A DNA stretch of 64,000 nt, taken from the IMG/VR virus record IMGVR_UViG_3300045988_132388. One strand, given 5' to 3'. The notes beneath the pieces were generated by a model, which was not told where the DNA came from, searched no databases, and worked only from the letters and a program-made list of their open reading frames with translations. Position 1 is the stretch's first letter. Every line of letters begins with the position of its first letter. The translations under genes were made by a program, and so were the position numbers. This document shows, one piece after another, positions 9,119-20,120 of the stretch. The stretch comes from a virus.

Positions 9119-11302
9119 TTAAATCTCTGTCTCGTCAGATGCCTTCTTTATCGTCTTCTCTTCCTCGCTCCGGGCATTTACTGTCTCGTCTATGATGGCA
9201 ACCTCCACCTTGAAGGAGCACGAAAGACGTTCCTCGGCATTCTTGCCTAAGTCTTCCCATGTCAGAGGCACCGAGAATCCTGCGTTTGCATGTGCCACCG
9301 CCCAGATGTTGTCTTCGTTTGCATTGCCTGTATCTCTCGTCCACACCACGTTCTTTGCAAGGATATGGTCTGTCACGTCCTCGTTATAGAGGTAGCCTCT
9401 TACCGAGAGTGTGGTAAACACGGGATAGTTGCCGTTGTCGTCCCTCGTACTTATGACATCCGCATCAAAGGTTTGGTCGGCACCCGATATGCGACAGGTG
9501 AATTCGGGATTACCTTCAAGGAATGCCCATCCTGTGCTCGCATACTTCGGCTCTTCTGTAGTCTTGTCGGAGATACACCGCCACTTGCAGCCGTTGCGCC
9601 ACACGTCATGTACCTCGGTGGCTGTAGCACGGTACGGCTTGTCGCCCTGCGCCGTGGCAAGGCTCCACATTCCCCTGTCCACGACATTCTGCTGCACATT
9701 GCCCTCGTAATCCACATTGATGATGTTCTGCACAGCAAGCCATTTTGCATAGAACGCTCCGTCGCGCCTGTCTGCTTGGGGAAAGTCCTGGAATACGAAC
9801 GACAAGGCGTCGGGCAGCTTGCCTATTGCTACGGAATAGTTTGTCTTGTCTATGATAGGCTTCGTCACATGGTCCAGCCACACAAGCAGACCTGTCTCGG
9901 AAGAGATATACCAACAGCTCTGCCGCTTCTCGTCAACGGGATTACCCCACCTTATAAGTCTTGCTAACTCGCAAGGAGGGTAGTTTTTGCCGCTCGGCAC
10001 TTCATCGTCGGGGTACATCACCACGCTAATGGTGTTCGTCAGAGTATTCACGCTGAGCACCCTGAACCACATGTCGTAGTATTTGCCGTCTTCAAGGAGC
10101 GTATTGATGCTCGCTCTTATACAGTCCTGCTCGTGGAATGCCGTAAAGTCATTGTCCCATCTCTTCTTTAGTTTCAGGTCGTAGGTGGTGTTGTCACCCT
10201 CTGTTGCAGGCGGCACTACGGTAACGCTCTCCACGCTGCCGCTCTCCGTGAACATGAAGTCGCTCTCCACCGCCTGCTGCCTGTTGACGATAAGCTCCTT
10301 GGCTATGATGGAGCTTCGTGAAGTTATGCTTTCAAATTCGGCATTACCTCTCTCGTCCACCCTGCCGCCTGTACCGTACAGTATGCCCTGTATATATTCT
10401 CCGAACTCCGCACCGCCCTTGAATCTCGACATCAGCCCTGCCACAACCTTGCCCAATATGGCATTCCCGTTCTCGTCAATGCCGTGGCCAACGTTTATCT
10501 TCAGGCCCTTGAGGAAAGTGATAAGTCCCTGTGCCGCATCATTGTTAACTCGGCTAAGAGAATTATCCTTGAGATATTTCGGGATAACAATCCTGTCTTC
10601 CGCTTCCACAGCAGTATTCTCGTCGGCAATACCCATAAGGCTCCTCTCGTCGCCGACAAAAGATATGTGTCCACCTGTATCAATACTTAGGTTCTGTGCA
10701 AGAAGGTTAAGGAACTTCTTGCCCGTCTCCATATCGACATTCTTCAGAAAGGTAACAATACCATCAACCGAAGAATACTTATACCACTCGCTTTCCGTGC
10801 CCGTGGCAGCAATCGCTTCGTCTGAAGACAGAAGACCGGTTGTAATACGCTGTTGCCAATCGCGATGAATACTACCATTGTCGCCCGACGATGTAATGAT
10901 ACCTTGCAAGAAGATATAATAATAGTCGATAGAACCGATCTGCTCCTCAGCAGCATTCTTGCCGTATACATCTATTTTCTCAGACGGAAAACATACGTAT
11001 GCAGTCTGATTTGCTGTACCGTCTTTGGGGATAGCGGCATAGACGTATTTTTCCGTATGCGTATTGAAAACCGTAGGCGAGGCTTGCAGCGTCCACCTAC
11101 GGTAGTTATGTCCGGCATCAAAAGAGATAATGCCTTTCATGTACACAAGTATCTTGGCACCGCTGATACACGCTGCCTGTATATAGTCAGGATTGCCCGT
11201 GGTGTTAAGCTCTATATAGAGCGCATTGGGCGAGATCCAATAATCGTTAGGAGTAGCTTGTGTCATATATAGCGTATTAAGTCCTTCATTTTCTGATAAC
11301 AA
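9119..11302 (-). CDS. hypothetical large tail/baseplate protein
   Basis: 727 aa ORF in the structural operon. Confidence 0.6.
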   Translation of the reverse strand: MLSENEGLNTLYMTQATPNDYWISPNALYIELNTTGNPDYIQAACISGAKILVYMKGIISFDAGHNYRRWTLQASPTVFNTHTEKYVYAAIPKDGTANQTAYVCFPSEKIDVYGKNAAEEQIGSIDYYYIFLQGIITSSGDNGSIHRDWQQRITTGLLSSDEAIAATGTESEWYKYSSVDGIVTFLKNVDMETGKKFLNLLAQNLSIDTGGHISFVGDERSLMGIADENTAVEAEDRIVIPKYLKDNSLSRVNNDAAQGLITFLKGLKINVGHGIDENGNAILGKVVAGLMSRFKGGAEFGEYIQGILYGTGGRVDERGNAEFESITSRSSIIAKELIVNRQQAVESDFMFTESGSVESVTVVPPATEGDNTTYDLKLKKRWDNDFTAFHEQDCIRASINTLLEDGKYYDMWFRVLSVNTLTNTISVVMYPDDEVPSGKNYPPCELARLIRWGNPVDEKRQSCWYISSETGLLVWLDHVTKPIIDKTNYSVAIGKLPDALSFVFQDFPQADRRDGAFYAKWLAVQNIINVDYEGNVQQNVVDRGMWSLATAQGDKPYRATATEVHDVWRNGCKWRCISDKTTEEPKYASTGWAFLEGNPEFTCRISGADQTFDADVISTRDDNGNYPVFTTLSVRGYLYNEDVTDHILAKNVVWTRDTGNANEDNIWAVAHANAGFSVPLTWEDLGKNAEERLSCSFKVEVAIIDETVNARSEEEKTIKKASDETEI

Positions 11303-11351
11303 AGGTAAGAAAAAAGAGGTTGGCGGTACGGACGTACCCTATGGCAACAGT

Positions 11352-11392
11352 ACAGAAAACACCCAAAATCACCATCACGGAGACTTTGGGTG
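11352..11392 (-). terminator. rho-independent-type terminator
   Basis: CACCCAAA (11360-11367) pairs with TTTGGGTG (11385-11392). On the minus strand the stem is followed by TTTTCTGT. It lies downstream of the 11437-12495 gene. Confidence 0.45.
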
Positions 11393-11436
11393 CAAGCGTC
11401 TTTCATGATTACGTATGAGAAAAACAATAAGAAATG

Positions 11437-12495
11437 TCAAAGTAAGGGACTGCCATTGATACCAAGCACGGCTGTAAACGATACAATGAGAGGGTCCCTT
11501 TCAGTCCGATTAAAGAATGTGGTATTATCCTCCGGCGTGATAGAGCAAGGAATGAAGCGCCCCTCTATGTCCATCCATATATGTTCCGACATAAGGAACT
11601 CATGCAGATACCACCGTAACCACGCCTTGTTTAACGGGTCAGACTGAAACAGCCATGACTCATTATTACTCATCTTTCTAACCGCTGCACGACTGAACTT
11701 TCTGAAGGTCTCCTGTCGTGCCACGACGTAGGAGGAGGATTTTACCGACAGCTTATTGCTATGGACCCTCGGCACACTCACGCTCTCCAATACACCAAAG
11801 GAGTTGATAAAGCGGAATACCTGTCGTGTGTTACCTTCGCTGGCGGGCAGGGCATATACCAATTGTCCACCGATGATCTGCTGCCCCTCCTCGGTAATAG
11901 CTACCGCTTTCGATTCCGGTTGCGTAAGACTTGCGCTTTTAAGCAGGTTTTGCGCCGTGTCATAGGGTGGGGTATAAACAAACTTCTCACCTACAAAGGC
12001 GAGGTGGGGGGTGTCGGTTGGCTTACGAGACAATGTAGTTGTGTCTTTATACCCGTTCGACATGATACGGTCGAGATCGGAGTAGGCACCGAATAGGGTA
12101 GCAAGTACGGGTTGCTCGGTAGAACTGCCAGTCTTTGCCGGATAGATGATTTCGCCCATAGTCTTTACAACCCCATCTAACATATACTCGTCATACACCT
12201 TCAGGTAGAACTTCACCAAAGGATAACGTGCGGTCTCCGCTGAATATTCATAGCTGTCACGGAAGGAACGTAAGGCAGAGGAGATGTCGAGGTTAACCAC
12301 CGAACTATCCTTCTCCTCTTTCACGGGTTCCGACATCTTGATGGTTTCGTAGTTACCGCCACTCATTCCGCAGTTTACTTCGATAATGACACGATGGAAA
12401 GACGGTGTACCATTTATTACGTTAGGCTGTATGCTGAACGTGATAGGGTTGCCGTTGAATATGCTGCCTGAAGATAAATTAACTGATCTTGCCAT
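11437..12495 (-). CDS. hypothetical virion protein
   Basis: 352 aa ORF in the structural operon. Confidence 0.6.
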   Translation of the reverse strand: MARSVNLSSGSIFNGNPITFSIQPNVINGTPSFHRVIIEVNCGMSGGNYETIKMSEPVKEEKDSSVVNLDISSALRSFRDSYEYSAETARYPLVKFYLKVYDEYMLDGVVKTMGEIIYPAKTGSSTEQPVLATLFGAYSDLDRIMSNGYKDTTTLSRKPTDTPHLAFVGEKFVYTPPYDTAQNLLKSASLTQPESKAVAITEEGQQIIGGQLVYALPASEGNTRQVFRFINSFGVLESVSVPRVHSNKLSVKSSSYVVARQETFRKFSRAAVRKMSNNESWLFQSDPLNKAWLRWYLHEFLMSEHIWMDIEGRFIPCSITPEDNTTFFNRTERDPLIVSFTAVLGINGSPLL

Positions 12496-12545
12496 GATAG
12501 TTATTAGTGATTAATTATTAGGGATTAGTGATTGATTATTAGTGA

Positions 12546-15350
12546 TTATAGACTGTATACTTCTAACTCCACCTCGCCCATGCCGTCCTGAACGGAAATG
12601 TCGGTGGTAACTTTATTGATAAGACATTTTTTGCCACCTATCAACCACCATTCTTTCCAATGATTCGGTATGTCGGCTATCTGTGCGACGGAAGCAAGAC
12701 ACTTTACGCGGTACTTCTTTCGGTTCAGAAGGAAGTAAGCATAGTCTATCATAAAGGTGTCGAAATAACCACGGTTCTTAATGAGTGGGTCGCTAACCAC
12801 GAGTGGGGCATCTGCCCATTCGGGCTGCACCCAAGCACGAGGTTTTAGTGAAAAACGTTCCTCGTTGCCGATGCCCGACTCTGTACCGTTGTAGTCATAG
12901 ACATTACCGTAGGGGTCTACGGAATCGGTGGTAAGGGCATACTCACCTACGGTAGTACGCCACTTGGAGTTGCCGAATCCGTCATAGTTGTAGTCGAAAG
13001 TCTCCGTGCTGGAGTCGGTGCCACCACCACGCATTACAGCAATACTCAGTCCCCAATCGTATGACTGAAGAGGCGAGTTGCCGTCGTCGGTGCCCGACGG
13101 ATCGTAAGACTCACGGAGTTGCAAGGTTTCCGTCACATAAAAATCAGCCACGGTAGACGACAGCGGATTCTTGATATATTGCTTGATGAACTCATGCTCC
13201 ATATCTTCATCCACATTAGCTGCCATGATGGTTTGTGCGGAATCGCCATTTACGGCAGTAGTAGCATAACCCTCGATATTCTCTCCCGATGTAGGCTGTT
13301 TCTCTGAATCGGTAAAGCACACGGTATCGAAACTTGCCGAGAGTGCCATGCGGTAATTGACATCAACCATGCCTGTCGGTACGAAGTTAGACAAGAACTC
13401 CTGCACAAAGTCTTTGTTGATGGTTGAACAATCACCCATCTCAACACCCTTATATGCTCCCACCTCAAACAGGCGAGGCTTCATATCATTGCTGCTGGTG
13501 AAGTCGGAATCAATCTTGACACGATATTTATTGCCTGTCTGAAGGTCAATAAAGACGTTCATCTGACCGTTGTATACATTATGAATGATGTCTTTATATG
13601 TAAGGCTCATTACGGTGGAGTTCTTCGGGTATTCGATATAGTCATAATCCGTATTGTAATCCTTCACCTCGTTCTTCACATTGTCCTTCTGCTCCTTTGC
13701 TTCACTCTCGGCAGAATAGCCCACACGTACACCGGTTATCTTCTCACTGAGCTGAATCATGCTAAGCACGTTCGCATTGAATGTGCGAGGTTGCGGGTTC
13801 TGTTTGCGGAACACGTCGCGGATGAGATAAGCCGTTACCTTCTTCCGCTCGTAGTCGTAATGGAACTTTATTCCAAACTGGTTTTCGAGCGAACTGATAA
13901 CGTCTGATACCGACTCGGCAGGGAAATTCTTTTCGTTGGCAAACATCTGGACAATACTTGCATTCATGTATGCCTCAGTGATAGTAGACTTTGTTGTAAT
14001 ACTTGCAACTCCGTCCTTTCCTACTTCAACCTTTGTTTCTTCCTTGGCTATAACTTTTGTAACCGTCGTCTTTGTGGATGAAAACTCAGGGAAACGAGGA
14101 TCTTTTGCCGTCTCGAACTTATACTTTGCCTTTCGGTAAGTAATCTGCTGCATGGATTTGTCTTTAGGGTTTTCCAAAGACAACTTACCCCCGCAACCAC
14201 GACTATCAAGCCATTCGTTGACACCATCAAACAGTTTTTTGCACTCCGCTTCACCTTTTGCGTGAGTATTAAAAATGCCGAACTTGATGTCTTCCGTGGT
14301 TTTCAGTCCAGCTTTCACGGCTTCGTCTTCCTTATTGTACTTCTCTCCATAATACAGCGGTTTTGTATCATACGAACATTTTGTAGTAAAGAAACACAAA
14401 CGCTTCAAGTCGCCGATAGCCGTCAATGCCGACTTGTCGAACGATACACCAAGGCTCTCAAACAAGCAATCAAGGAAGAACAATACATAAAAGCAGATAC
14501 CCGACTGTGGGCGGTCAGCTTCGAGTACCCATATCGGACCATGATTCTCATACATCTGCTCCTTGTCAACATTGGAAAGGTTCTCCACAATTTTGTCTGA
14601 TGTTTCCCCATCTTTTATATCATAATGTTTATAGCAGACGCGGGCATTGCAGAAGGGCTTTATGGGATAGGCATCTTTTACATTGATATAAGACTGCACC
14701 ACCTTTGGCATATTCACCTTGTTGCCGTCGGAATAGGTGCGCTGCACATCCAGTACGGCTTTATGCAAACTACCCGTCTCCTGACATTTGCCAGGAAAGG
14801 AGAAACCAAGAGCCTGTGGCGAGAATGTTGCTGCCGTGGTATAGCCGCTACCTACCGAACCATACTTCTTGTCGCCCTTCTTGCCCTCATATTTTATCAC
14901 AACATCGGTGTTGTAGACAACCTGCACGTTCACCTCGTCGATTTTCTCTCCAATCAGGAGCTGGTCGCGGTAACGTTCGGGGATAGGCACCTCGTTACAC
15001 TTCAGGTCGCTGATAAGATCGTCAAACGACTGTGTGCTTGCATCAACATTAATAGAGAGGGAGTCTTCCACGGCTTCCTCTTCCTGCATTACCGCCGTTC
15101 CGCTGGCAAGAGGTACACCGTCGGCGAATATCTGCATCGGCATGTGCTCATAGCTGACAGGGCGAATGTCGGAGTTAGGGTTGTCGATATTCTTCAGCAG
15201 ATGGCGATTACCTTCGAGTGGAATGGCAACCGGATAGGAGAACATCTCCGTAGTGTTGAAGAGAGGATTGCTCAGTTCAACACTTATAGAGAAATCGTCC
15301 GCAAGATTCACGAGCTTGTCTCCGGCAAGAATTGCAAGTTTACTGTTCAT
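12546..15350 (-). CDS. hypothetical large baseplate/hub-like protein
   Basis: 934 aa ORF in the structural operon. Confidence 0.6.
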   Translation of the reverse strand: MNSKLAILAGDKLVNLADDFSISVELSNPLFNTTEMFSYPVAIPLEGNRHLLKNIDNPNSDIRPVSYEHMPMQIFADGVPLASGTAVMQEEEAVEDSLSINVDASTQSFDDLISDLKCNEVPIPERYRDQLLIGEKIDEVNVQVVYNTDVVIKYEGKKGDKKYGSVGSGYTTAATFSPQALGFSFPGKCQETGSLHKAVLDVQRTYSDGNKVNMPKVVQSYINVKDAYPIKPFCNARVCYKHYDIKDGETSDKIVENLSNVDKEQMYENHGPIWVLEADRPQSGICFYVLFFLDCLFESLGVSFDKSALTAIGDLKRLCFFTTKCSYDTKPLYYGEKYNKEDEAVKAGLKTTEDIKFGIFNTHAKGEAECKKLFDGVNEWLDSRGCGGKLSLENPKDKSMQQITYRKAKYKFETAKDPRFPEFSSTKTTVTKVIAKEETKVEVGKDGVASITTKSTITEAYMNASIVQMFANEKNFPAESVSDVISSLENQFGIKFHYDYERKKVTAYLIRDVFRKQNPQPRTFNANVLSMIQLSEKITGVRVGYSAESEAKEQKDNVKNEVKDYNTDYDYIEYPKNSTVMSLTYKDIIHNVYNGQMNVFIDLQTGNKYRVKIDSDFTSSNDMKPRLFEVGAYKGVEMGDCSTINKDFVQEFLSNFVPTGMVDVNYRMALSASFDTVCFTDSEKQPTSGENIEGYATTAVNGDSAQTIMAANVDEDMEHEFIKQYIKNPLSSTVADFYVTETLQLRESYDPSGTDDGNSPLQSYDWGLSIAVMRGGGTDSSTETFDYNYDGFGNSKWRTTVGEYALTTDSVDPYGNVYDYNGTESGIGNEERFSLKPRAWVQPEWADAPLVVSDPLIKNRGYFDTFMIDYAYFLLNRKKYRVKCLASVAQIADIPNHWKEWWLIGGKKCLINKVTTDISVQDGMGEVELEVYSL

Positions 15351-15401
15351 AATATATATAATGTATAATGTTTGCGTTGGTACAACAATGGCAAGTATCG
15401 G

Positions 15402-16052
15402 TTACACTACGATACAGGCATTGCCGTACAGAGTGATGTTGTGGTCCGTCTTGCTAAACACCTTGGTGTCGCCATAGGCTTCAATCTTCAGATAGCTACG
15501 AGCATGAATTTTTCCACCGTGGGCTTCACACTTTGCGCTTTCGTGAAGCGAAGCACGGGTAGATGACCATAAACGGGAACGGCCATAGGCTTCTACCCAA
15601 CCTTTGCTTATATGACCATAGGAATGGTCGTAGAGCTGGACGAGACATTCATCATTCTTCTCGCTATACACCTGGGAGTGGTCCCACGCCCGAACGTGAG
15701 CCTTGCCAAGAACATAGCATTTTGCACGATCGTATATATCAACGACAAAGTCATGGTCGGTCACTATGACAAGGACAAACTCAGGTGCAATCCGAGGACA
15801 TTCGTTGAAGTAGATGCCAGCGGCGTTCATTTCTGCTTTGAGAGCAGGGTAGAGGGCAGGGACTTGATCGTTAGCAATGTCGGCAAACTTGCTGTTTACT
15901 ATATCGTCCCAGTTCTTACGCCATGTTGCCATCATCTGGCTCACGTCGCCGGATGCCAACATCTGCTTGTAGCCTTCGGCACAGGCATGACGTTCGTGAC
16001 AGGCACGTTTGCTGATTTCCTTCAGATTCTTGTAGGCTTCTTCCTTTTCCAT
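15402..16052 (-). CDS. hypothetical protein
   Basis: 216 aa ORF on the same strand with tight spacing. Confidence 0.55.
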   Translation of the reverse strand: MEKEEAYKNLKEISKRACHERHACAEGYKQMLASGDVSQMMATWRKNWDDIVNSKFADIANDQVPALYPALKAEMNAAGIYFNECPRIAPEFVLVIVTDHDFVVDIYDRAKCYVLGKAHVRAWDHSQVYSEKNDECLVQLYDHSYGHISKGWVEAYGRSRLWSSTRASLHESAKCEAHGGKIHARSYLKIEAYGDTKVFSKTDHNITLYGNACIVV

Positions 16053-16084
16053 ATATCTTTCCTTTCTGTTACTCTTTTTGGTTT

Positions 16085-17146
16085 TTATGCTCCTGCCTCC
16101 TCGATGGTCTTGGAGAGGATAGCTTCGTAGCCCATCAGTTCGTCTTCCGACACCACGTCGCTGTACTCCTGGCGCAATCTGTCGATGCGAGTCTTGATGC
16201 CTCTCACACGGGTCTTATTGCTCGGTTTGTCCTTGCGCATGATGTACTTGATGATAGCGTCAGCTTCAGCCTTGTGCTGTGCGGCAGCCTCACGGGCGGC
16301 TTTCACCTCCGGTCGGTCGGCAGCTATCTTGTCGGCTATCGACTTCGCGAAGAGTGGATCGCGCTGCTGTGCCTTCTCATAGAAAGGCTTAAACTGCGTG
16401 CGGAGTTTCTGAGGGTCGATATTGAAGGTCTTTTCGACATACTTGATGTATTCGGGGTCGCCGGTGCGCTGACTGAGGCGCAGATACACCTCACCCATCT
16501 CACGGTCAACGGCAGTGTAGATGTCGGGCAGGATATGGCTCTCTATCTCCACGGCACGAGTGGCAACCTCCGCTATCTCGGCTTCGGTATAGACGGTGCG
16601 TCCGGCTTTTTCGTTGGCTTCCGCCATCGTCTTCGCCTGTTCTGCCTTTGCCGACATTTCGTTGCGGAGGTCACGCACGGTGTTCACCTGCTCCTGCAGG
16701 GAAGAGGAGAGGAATACACGTATCTGTTTCAGTGTGGGCATGGTGGCAGCAATGCTCTCGCCGTTGGGGTCAGCCACGATGCCGTTGTATGTAAGAGGTT
16801 GAAGTGATACGTCGGGTTTGAGTTCCGGAAACAGACTCTCTTTTGCGTCCTGCAAGGCTTTCTGCTTTTGCTGTTGAGCGTAAAGAGCCTGCTCCTCCTT
16901 GGTAGGTCTGCCTACACGACGCTTCTGTATAGCCGGTGTGTCGGAGGTGCTGAGGGTCTGAAGATAGGTGAGGAGCTGACGCACGCGGCGGTGGTAGTCG
17001 CGGAAGCGTCGGCTGTCACGGACAAACGACTGTGCTTTGGTGTTGCCTTCCAACAGGGTTAGTCCTTGCTCGAAAGCGTCGTGCTGCTCAGAGGTGAGCA
17101 CTCGGGCTTGGAGGGCAGGAGTGAGGATTTTGATTATTTCTTCCAT
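16085..17146 (-). CDS. hypothetical protein, highly charged/helical
   Basis: 353 aa, rich in E/K/A/Q helical segments. Confidence 0.55.
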   Translation of the reverse strand: MEEIIKILTPALQARVLTSEQHDAFEQGLTLLEGNTKAQSFVRDSRRFRDYHRRVRQLLTYLQTLSTSDTPAIQKRRVGRPTKEEQALYAQQQKQKALQDAKESLFPELKPDVSLQPLTYNGIVADPNGESIAATMPTLKQIRVFLSSSLQEQVNTVRDLRNEMSAKAEQAKTMAEANEKAGRTVYTEAEIAEVATRAVEIESHILPDIYTAVDREMGEVYLRLSQRTGDPEYIKYVEKTFNIDPQKLRTQFKPFYEKAQQRDPLFAKSIADKIAADRPEVKAAREAAAQHKAEADAIIKYIMRKDKPSNKTRVRGIKTRIDRLRQEYSDVVSEDELMGYEAILSKTIEEAGA

Positions 17147-17176
17147 ATCTTTTCGTTTTTATTGTTTAACATAAAA

Positions 17177-18244
17177 TCAATACAACAGAGGGGACACGAA
17201 TATCCGCGAATCGTCCTGGTTGTTCTGGTAGCCTTGTGTGGTGGTTGAGGTATCGGTGTCGGTGGTTGTGGTGTCGGCTTCAGACTGTTCGGCTGCCTTG
17301 CGGTCTGCGAGGAGGCGAAGAATGTTGTCACGGAGCGAGATTGCGGCATCATGGGCTTGCTGACGGGTCTGTTTGTCGAAAGCAATGATTGACGTGCGCT
17401 CAGTAAGGAGTGCAACAATCAATCGGCGGGTCTTCTTCAGAAGCTTATTGCGGTCATCGGCTTGCAGCATCTCGGATATGAAGTCTTCGCCAAAGGCATC
17501 CTCCACATATTCCTCCTGAATAAAGCGTAGGTCGGGCAGTAGACGAATAAACTTGTCGCGGTTCTCGTAAACGTCGAGGTACTGCTGCAGGATGGCACAG
17601 GTAGGTATTATCAGGTCGTGGTGCAAATAGAAATAGTTGCTCTGCTGCCAGAGGTTTACTATCTCCTCGATTTCCGCTATCTGTACGTTTTCATCTGTTT
17701 TCTGTACGCTATCGCCGGTTGTCGGTACGTCTTCGTCCGTTTTCTGTACATTATCGTCCGTATTCGGTACGGAGATAGGCGAGGGTTTTGTGAGTTTTGC
17801 CCAGTTCTCAAGCAGAAGGAGAAGGTTGTTGAGCGTTATCATTGCTTCCTTCTTGTAGCCTGCCACACCCTTGTCGAGGAGCTTCTCTGAGGCAGGGTCG
17901 TAGTCGTTGCTGGAGGCGATATTTACTCCGGCACCGTTCACGGAGAGAATCTGCTGATAGGCGTAGCGCGACATGGCATCGTTGGCTACCATGCGCTGGG
18001 CGTTCAGCAGGAGTTCGTTCCATGGGTGTTGGGCATAGGTGCCGTTTGTTACTTCGAGAAAGAAGTCATCGGGAGTGACCGACTGCTTGTAGTATTCACA
18101 CAGACGGTTGTAGAGCGGTGTGCCTAACTTGTCACGCAAGAAATCCTTCTCGCTGTTGTCGAGTATGCCTTGAAGAGAGCTTATCTCGTCAATGGCGTTG
18201 CTGGGGATGTGGAGCCGAAGCTCCTTGGTGGTTGAAAGTATCAT
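17177..18244 (-). CDS. hypothetical protein
   Basis: 355 aa ORF. The C-terminal region is acidic and Thr-rich. Confidence 0.55.
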   Translation of the reverse strand: MILSTTKELRLHIPSNAIDEISSLQGILDNSEKDFLRDKLGTPLYNRLCEYYKQSVTPDDFFLEVTNGTYAQHPWNELLLNAQRMVANDAMSRYAYQQILSVNGAGVNIASSNDYDPASEKLLDKGVAGYKKEAMITLNNLLLLLENWAKLTKPSPISVPNTDDNVQKTDEDVPTTGDSVQKTDENVQIAEIEEIVNLWQQSNYFYLHHDLIIPTCAILQQYLDVYENRDKFIRLLPDLRFIQEEYVEDAFGEDFISEMLQADDRNKLLKKTRRLIVALLTERTSIIAFDKQTRQQAHDAAISLRDNILRLLADRKAAEQSEADTTTTDTDTSTTTQGYQNNQDDSRIFVSPLLY

Positions 18245-18271
18245 ACACTATGCGAATTTTGAGTTTTGAAT

Positions 18272-20026
18272 TTATTCCTGCTTTGCCACCCCTGTTTTCG
18301 AGTTATCTAATGTGGTGAGCACTTCGCGGTCTATCTGCCACACTAAGTGTTCATCCCAACCATTAAACTTACTTATCACTTCCAAAGGTCGGAGCATGAG
18401 CTGCTGGAGTGGCGCAAACTGAATCTGCTTGACAAGGAAACGTTCGCGGAGGTCGGTACCGCCCGATGATGTAGCGTCGCCTGGGGTGTTGCCGATGAGC
18501 TTTGAGTCCAAGCCCATGGCAAAGAAGATGATTGAGGAGATTTCCTGTAGCTCGGTCTTTTCAGCTTGCGCTTGCGAGTTAGCCTTGCTCTCAATCTCCA
18601 CGATCTCCCACGCCTTGTGCTCCTTGCCGTCCAGACCGGTGAACACGGCAGAGATGAGCGCCTGGCCTGCGTTGTCGGGATTGGAGAGCCAGCGGTTGAT
18701 GTCGCTGAACACCTCCTGCTGTATCTGTGCAATCGTCTTGCTCTTGTTTTCACCCTGCTGGGCGTAAAGCTGCTTGAGGTATTCCTGGTGGATGTATATG
18801 ACGCGACCGATAATATTGCTGTTGCGCTTGCGAGTCAGTCGGTCGTCAACGATGGTGAAGGCATACTCGAAGATGCTTCCGGCAAAGATGCTGTGCCAAA
18901 GGGCATCGGCATAGTAAGGCCCGCCGAAGTCGCGTGGCGACATGATGAAGCGTGTGGGTCGGTTCTTGCGGCTCACGCGCTGCTGACGAGCCTCTCGCAC
19001 CTTGCGCTCCAAATCCTTCACGGCTGTGGCAGCGGGGAGATATGGCACAGCGGCAATCTTGATGTCTTCCGGTCTGAGCGAGATGTTCTGTTGCGTGGAG
19101 TCGAGCCACTGGTTGGACAGATACGCATAGTTAATGCGATACTGCTCGTCCTGTCGCTCCAGTCGTGTGGTAAACACGGAGCGCGGCTTGATGCCCACCA
19201 CCTTGGGTGTCCATTGCGAGGTGGGCGTGGGTGTGCCGTCTTCGTTGAGCTGCCGCTGGTTGAGTTGTAACTCTACAAAGCATTGCGACATGATTGCCAT
19301 ATCGCCTGCCAGCTGCAGATATGTATCCATAAGATCGTTGTCCTCCTTAAACTGCCGCAGCTCTATGTCGGTACGCTGCCATGCCGTGAGGGCTTCCTTG
19401 AGCGACTTCATCTCTTCGGAGTCGCCGGTGTCGGCAGTGGGGGGCTGGGCGATTTCTGCCAATGGATTGTCGGTGGTGGCTGCTGCTGACTGCTTGTTGT
19501 CTTGTCGTTCTGCCTCTTCGCGAGCTTTCAGGTCGGCTATCCATCCGCGTATCAATGCTCCGGCAGCGACGAAGGGGATGTATTTCTCCGTGATGTTGCC
19601 GCCGACGTACTGTACGTAGTAGTATTTCGGCACAGGACCGTGACCTACGAGTATCTTCTTTACGAAGTCGATGCCTGCTGCCGTGAAGGGCGACATGCGC
19701 GACAGTAGCCAGATGATGTTGGGCAGACGATTACCCACGCCCCACTCCATGAATCCGAGTCCGGGTGTGCCTACACCTTCGGGCTTGGCTTTGTTCTCGC
19801 CGCCGCTGGAGCCGAACACGGCAGAGATTTCGCGTCGGGCATTGCCGCCGCTTGCCGTGCCTTGCGACGAGGTGAGCATGGTGTGGGCATATTCTGCCCA
19901 GGAGAATGTGCGGCTGCCGTCGGTATTGGGACGTATGTATGCCGCTGGGCGCACAGCCTCGTAGCCTTGCGCCCGGAGCTCCTCACTACGCTGTTGGAGC
20001 TGGTCGATAGAAGATACTGTTGTCAT
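18272..20026 (-). CDS. large virion protein, possible portal (function not supported by a motif)
   Basis: 584 aa. It is the first gene of the long minus-strand operon and is preceded by a 370-bp regulatory spacer. The size fits a portal, but no diagnostic motif was seen. Confidence 0.3.
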   Translation of the reverse strand: MTTVSSIDQLQQRSEELRAQGYEAVRPAAYIRPNTDGSRTFSWAEYAHTMLTSSQGTASGGNARREISAVFGSSGGENKAKPEGVGTPGLGFMEWGVGNRLPNIIWLLSRMSPFTAAGIDFVKKILVGHGPVPKYYYVQYVGGNITEKYIPFVAAGALIRGWIADLKAREEAERQDNKQSAAATTDNPLAEIAQPPTADTGDSEEMKSLKEALTAWQRTDIELRQFKEDNDLMDTYLQLAGDMAIMSQCFVELQLNQRQLNEDGTPTPTSQWTPKVVGIKPRSVFTTRLERQDEQYRINYAYLSNQWLDSTQQNISLRPEDIKIAAVPYLPAATAVKDLERKVREARQQRVSRKNRPTRFIMSPRDFGGPYYADALWHSIFAGSIFEYAFTIVDDRLTRKRNSNIIGRVIYIHQEYLKQLYAQQGENKSKTIAQIQQEVFSDINRWLSNPDNAGQALISAVFTGLDGKEHKAWEIVEIESKANSQAQAEKTELQEISSIIFFAMGLDSKLIGNTPGDATSSGGTDLRERFLVKQIQFAPLQQLMLRPLEVISKFNGWDEHLVWQIDREVLTTLDNSKTGVAKQE

Positions 20027-20112
20027 CCTTAGTGCTTGTTTTATTAGTGTTGTTGGCTGAGGGCTGCGAGATACCGCGAGAGACCTCTTGCTTTATCCGA
20101 TTTATTACAGGA

Positions 20113-20120
20113 CAAAGATA
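20113..20120 (-). promoter_or_regulatory. candidate Bacteroidota -7 promoter box (TATCTTTG on the minus strand)
   Basis: Matches TAnnTTTG. Located 87 nt upstream of the 18272-20026 start. Confidence 0.35.

Noticed and set aside
18272-20026. Ro60/TROVE partner for the Y-RNA-like element
   Set aside because: The size is similar, but no vWA MIDAS (DxSxS) or other TROVE-like feature was seen. The operon context is virion structural.
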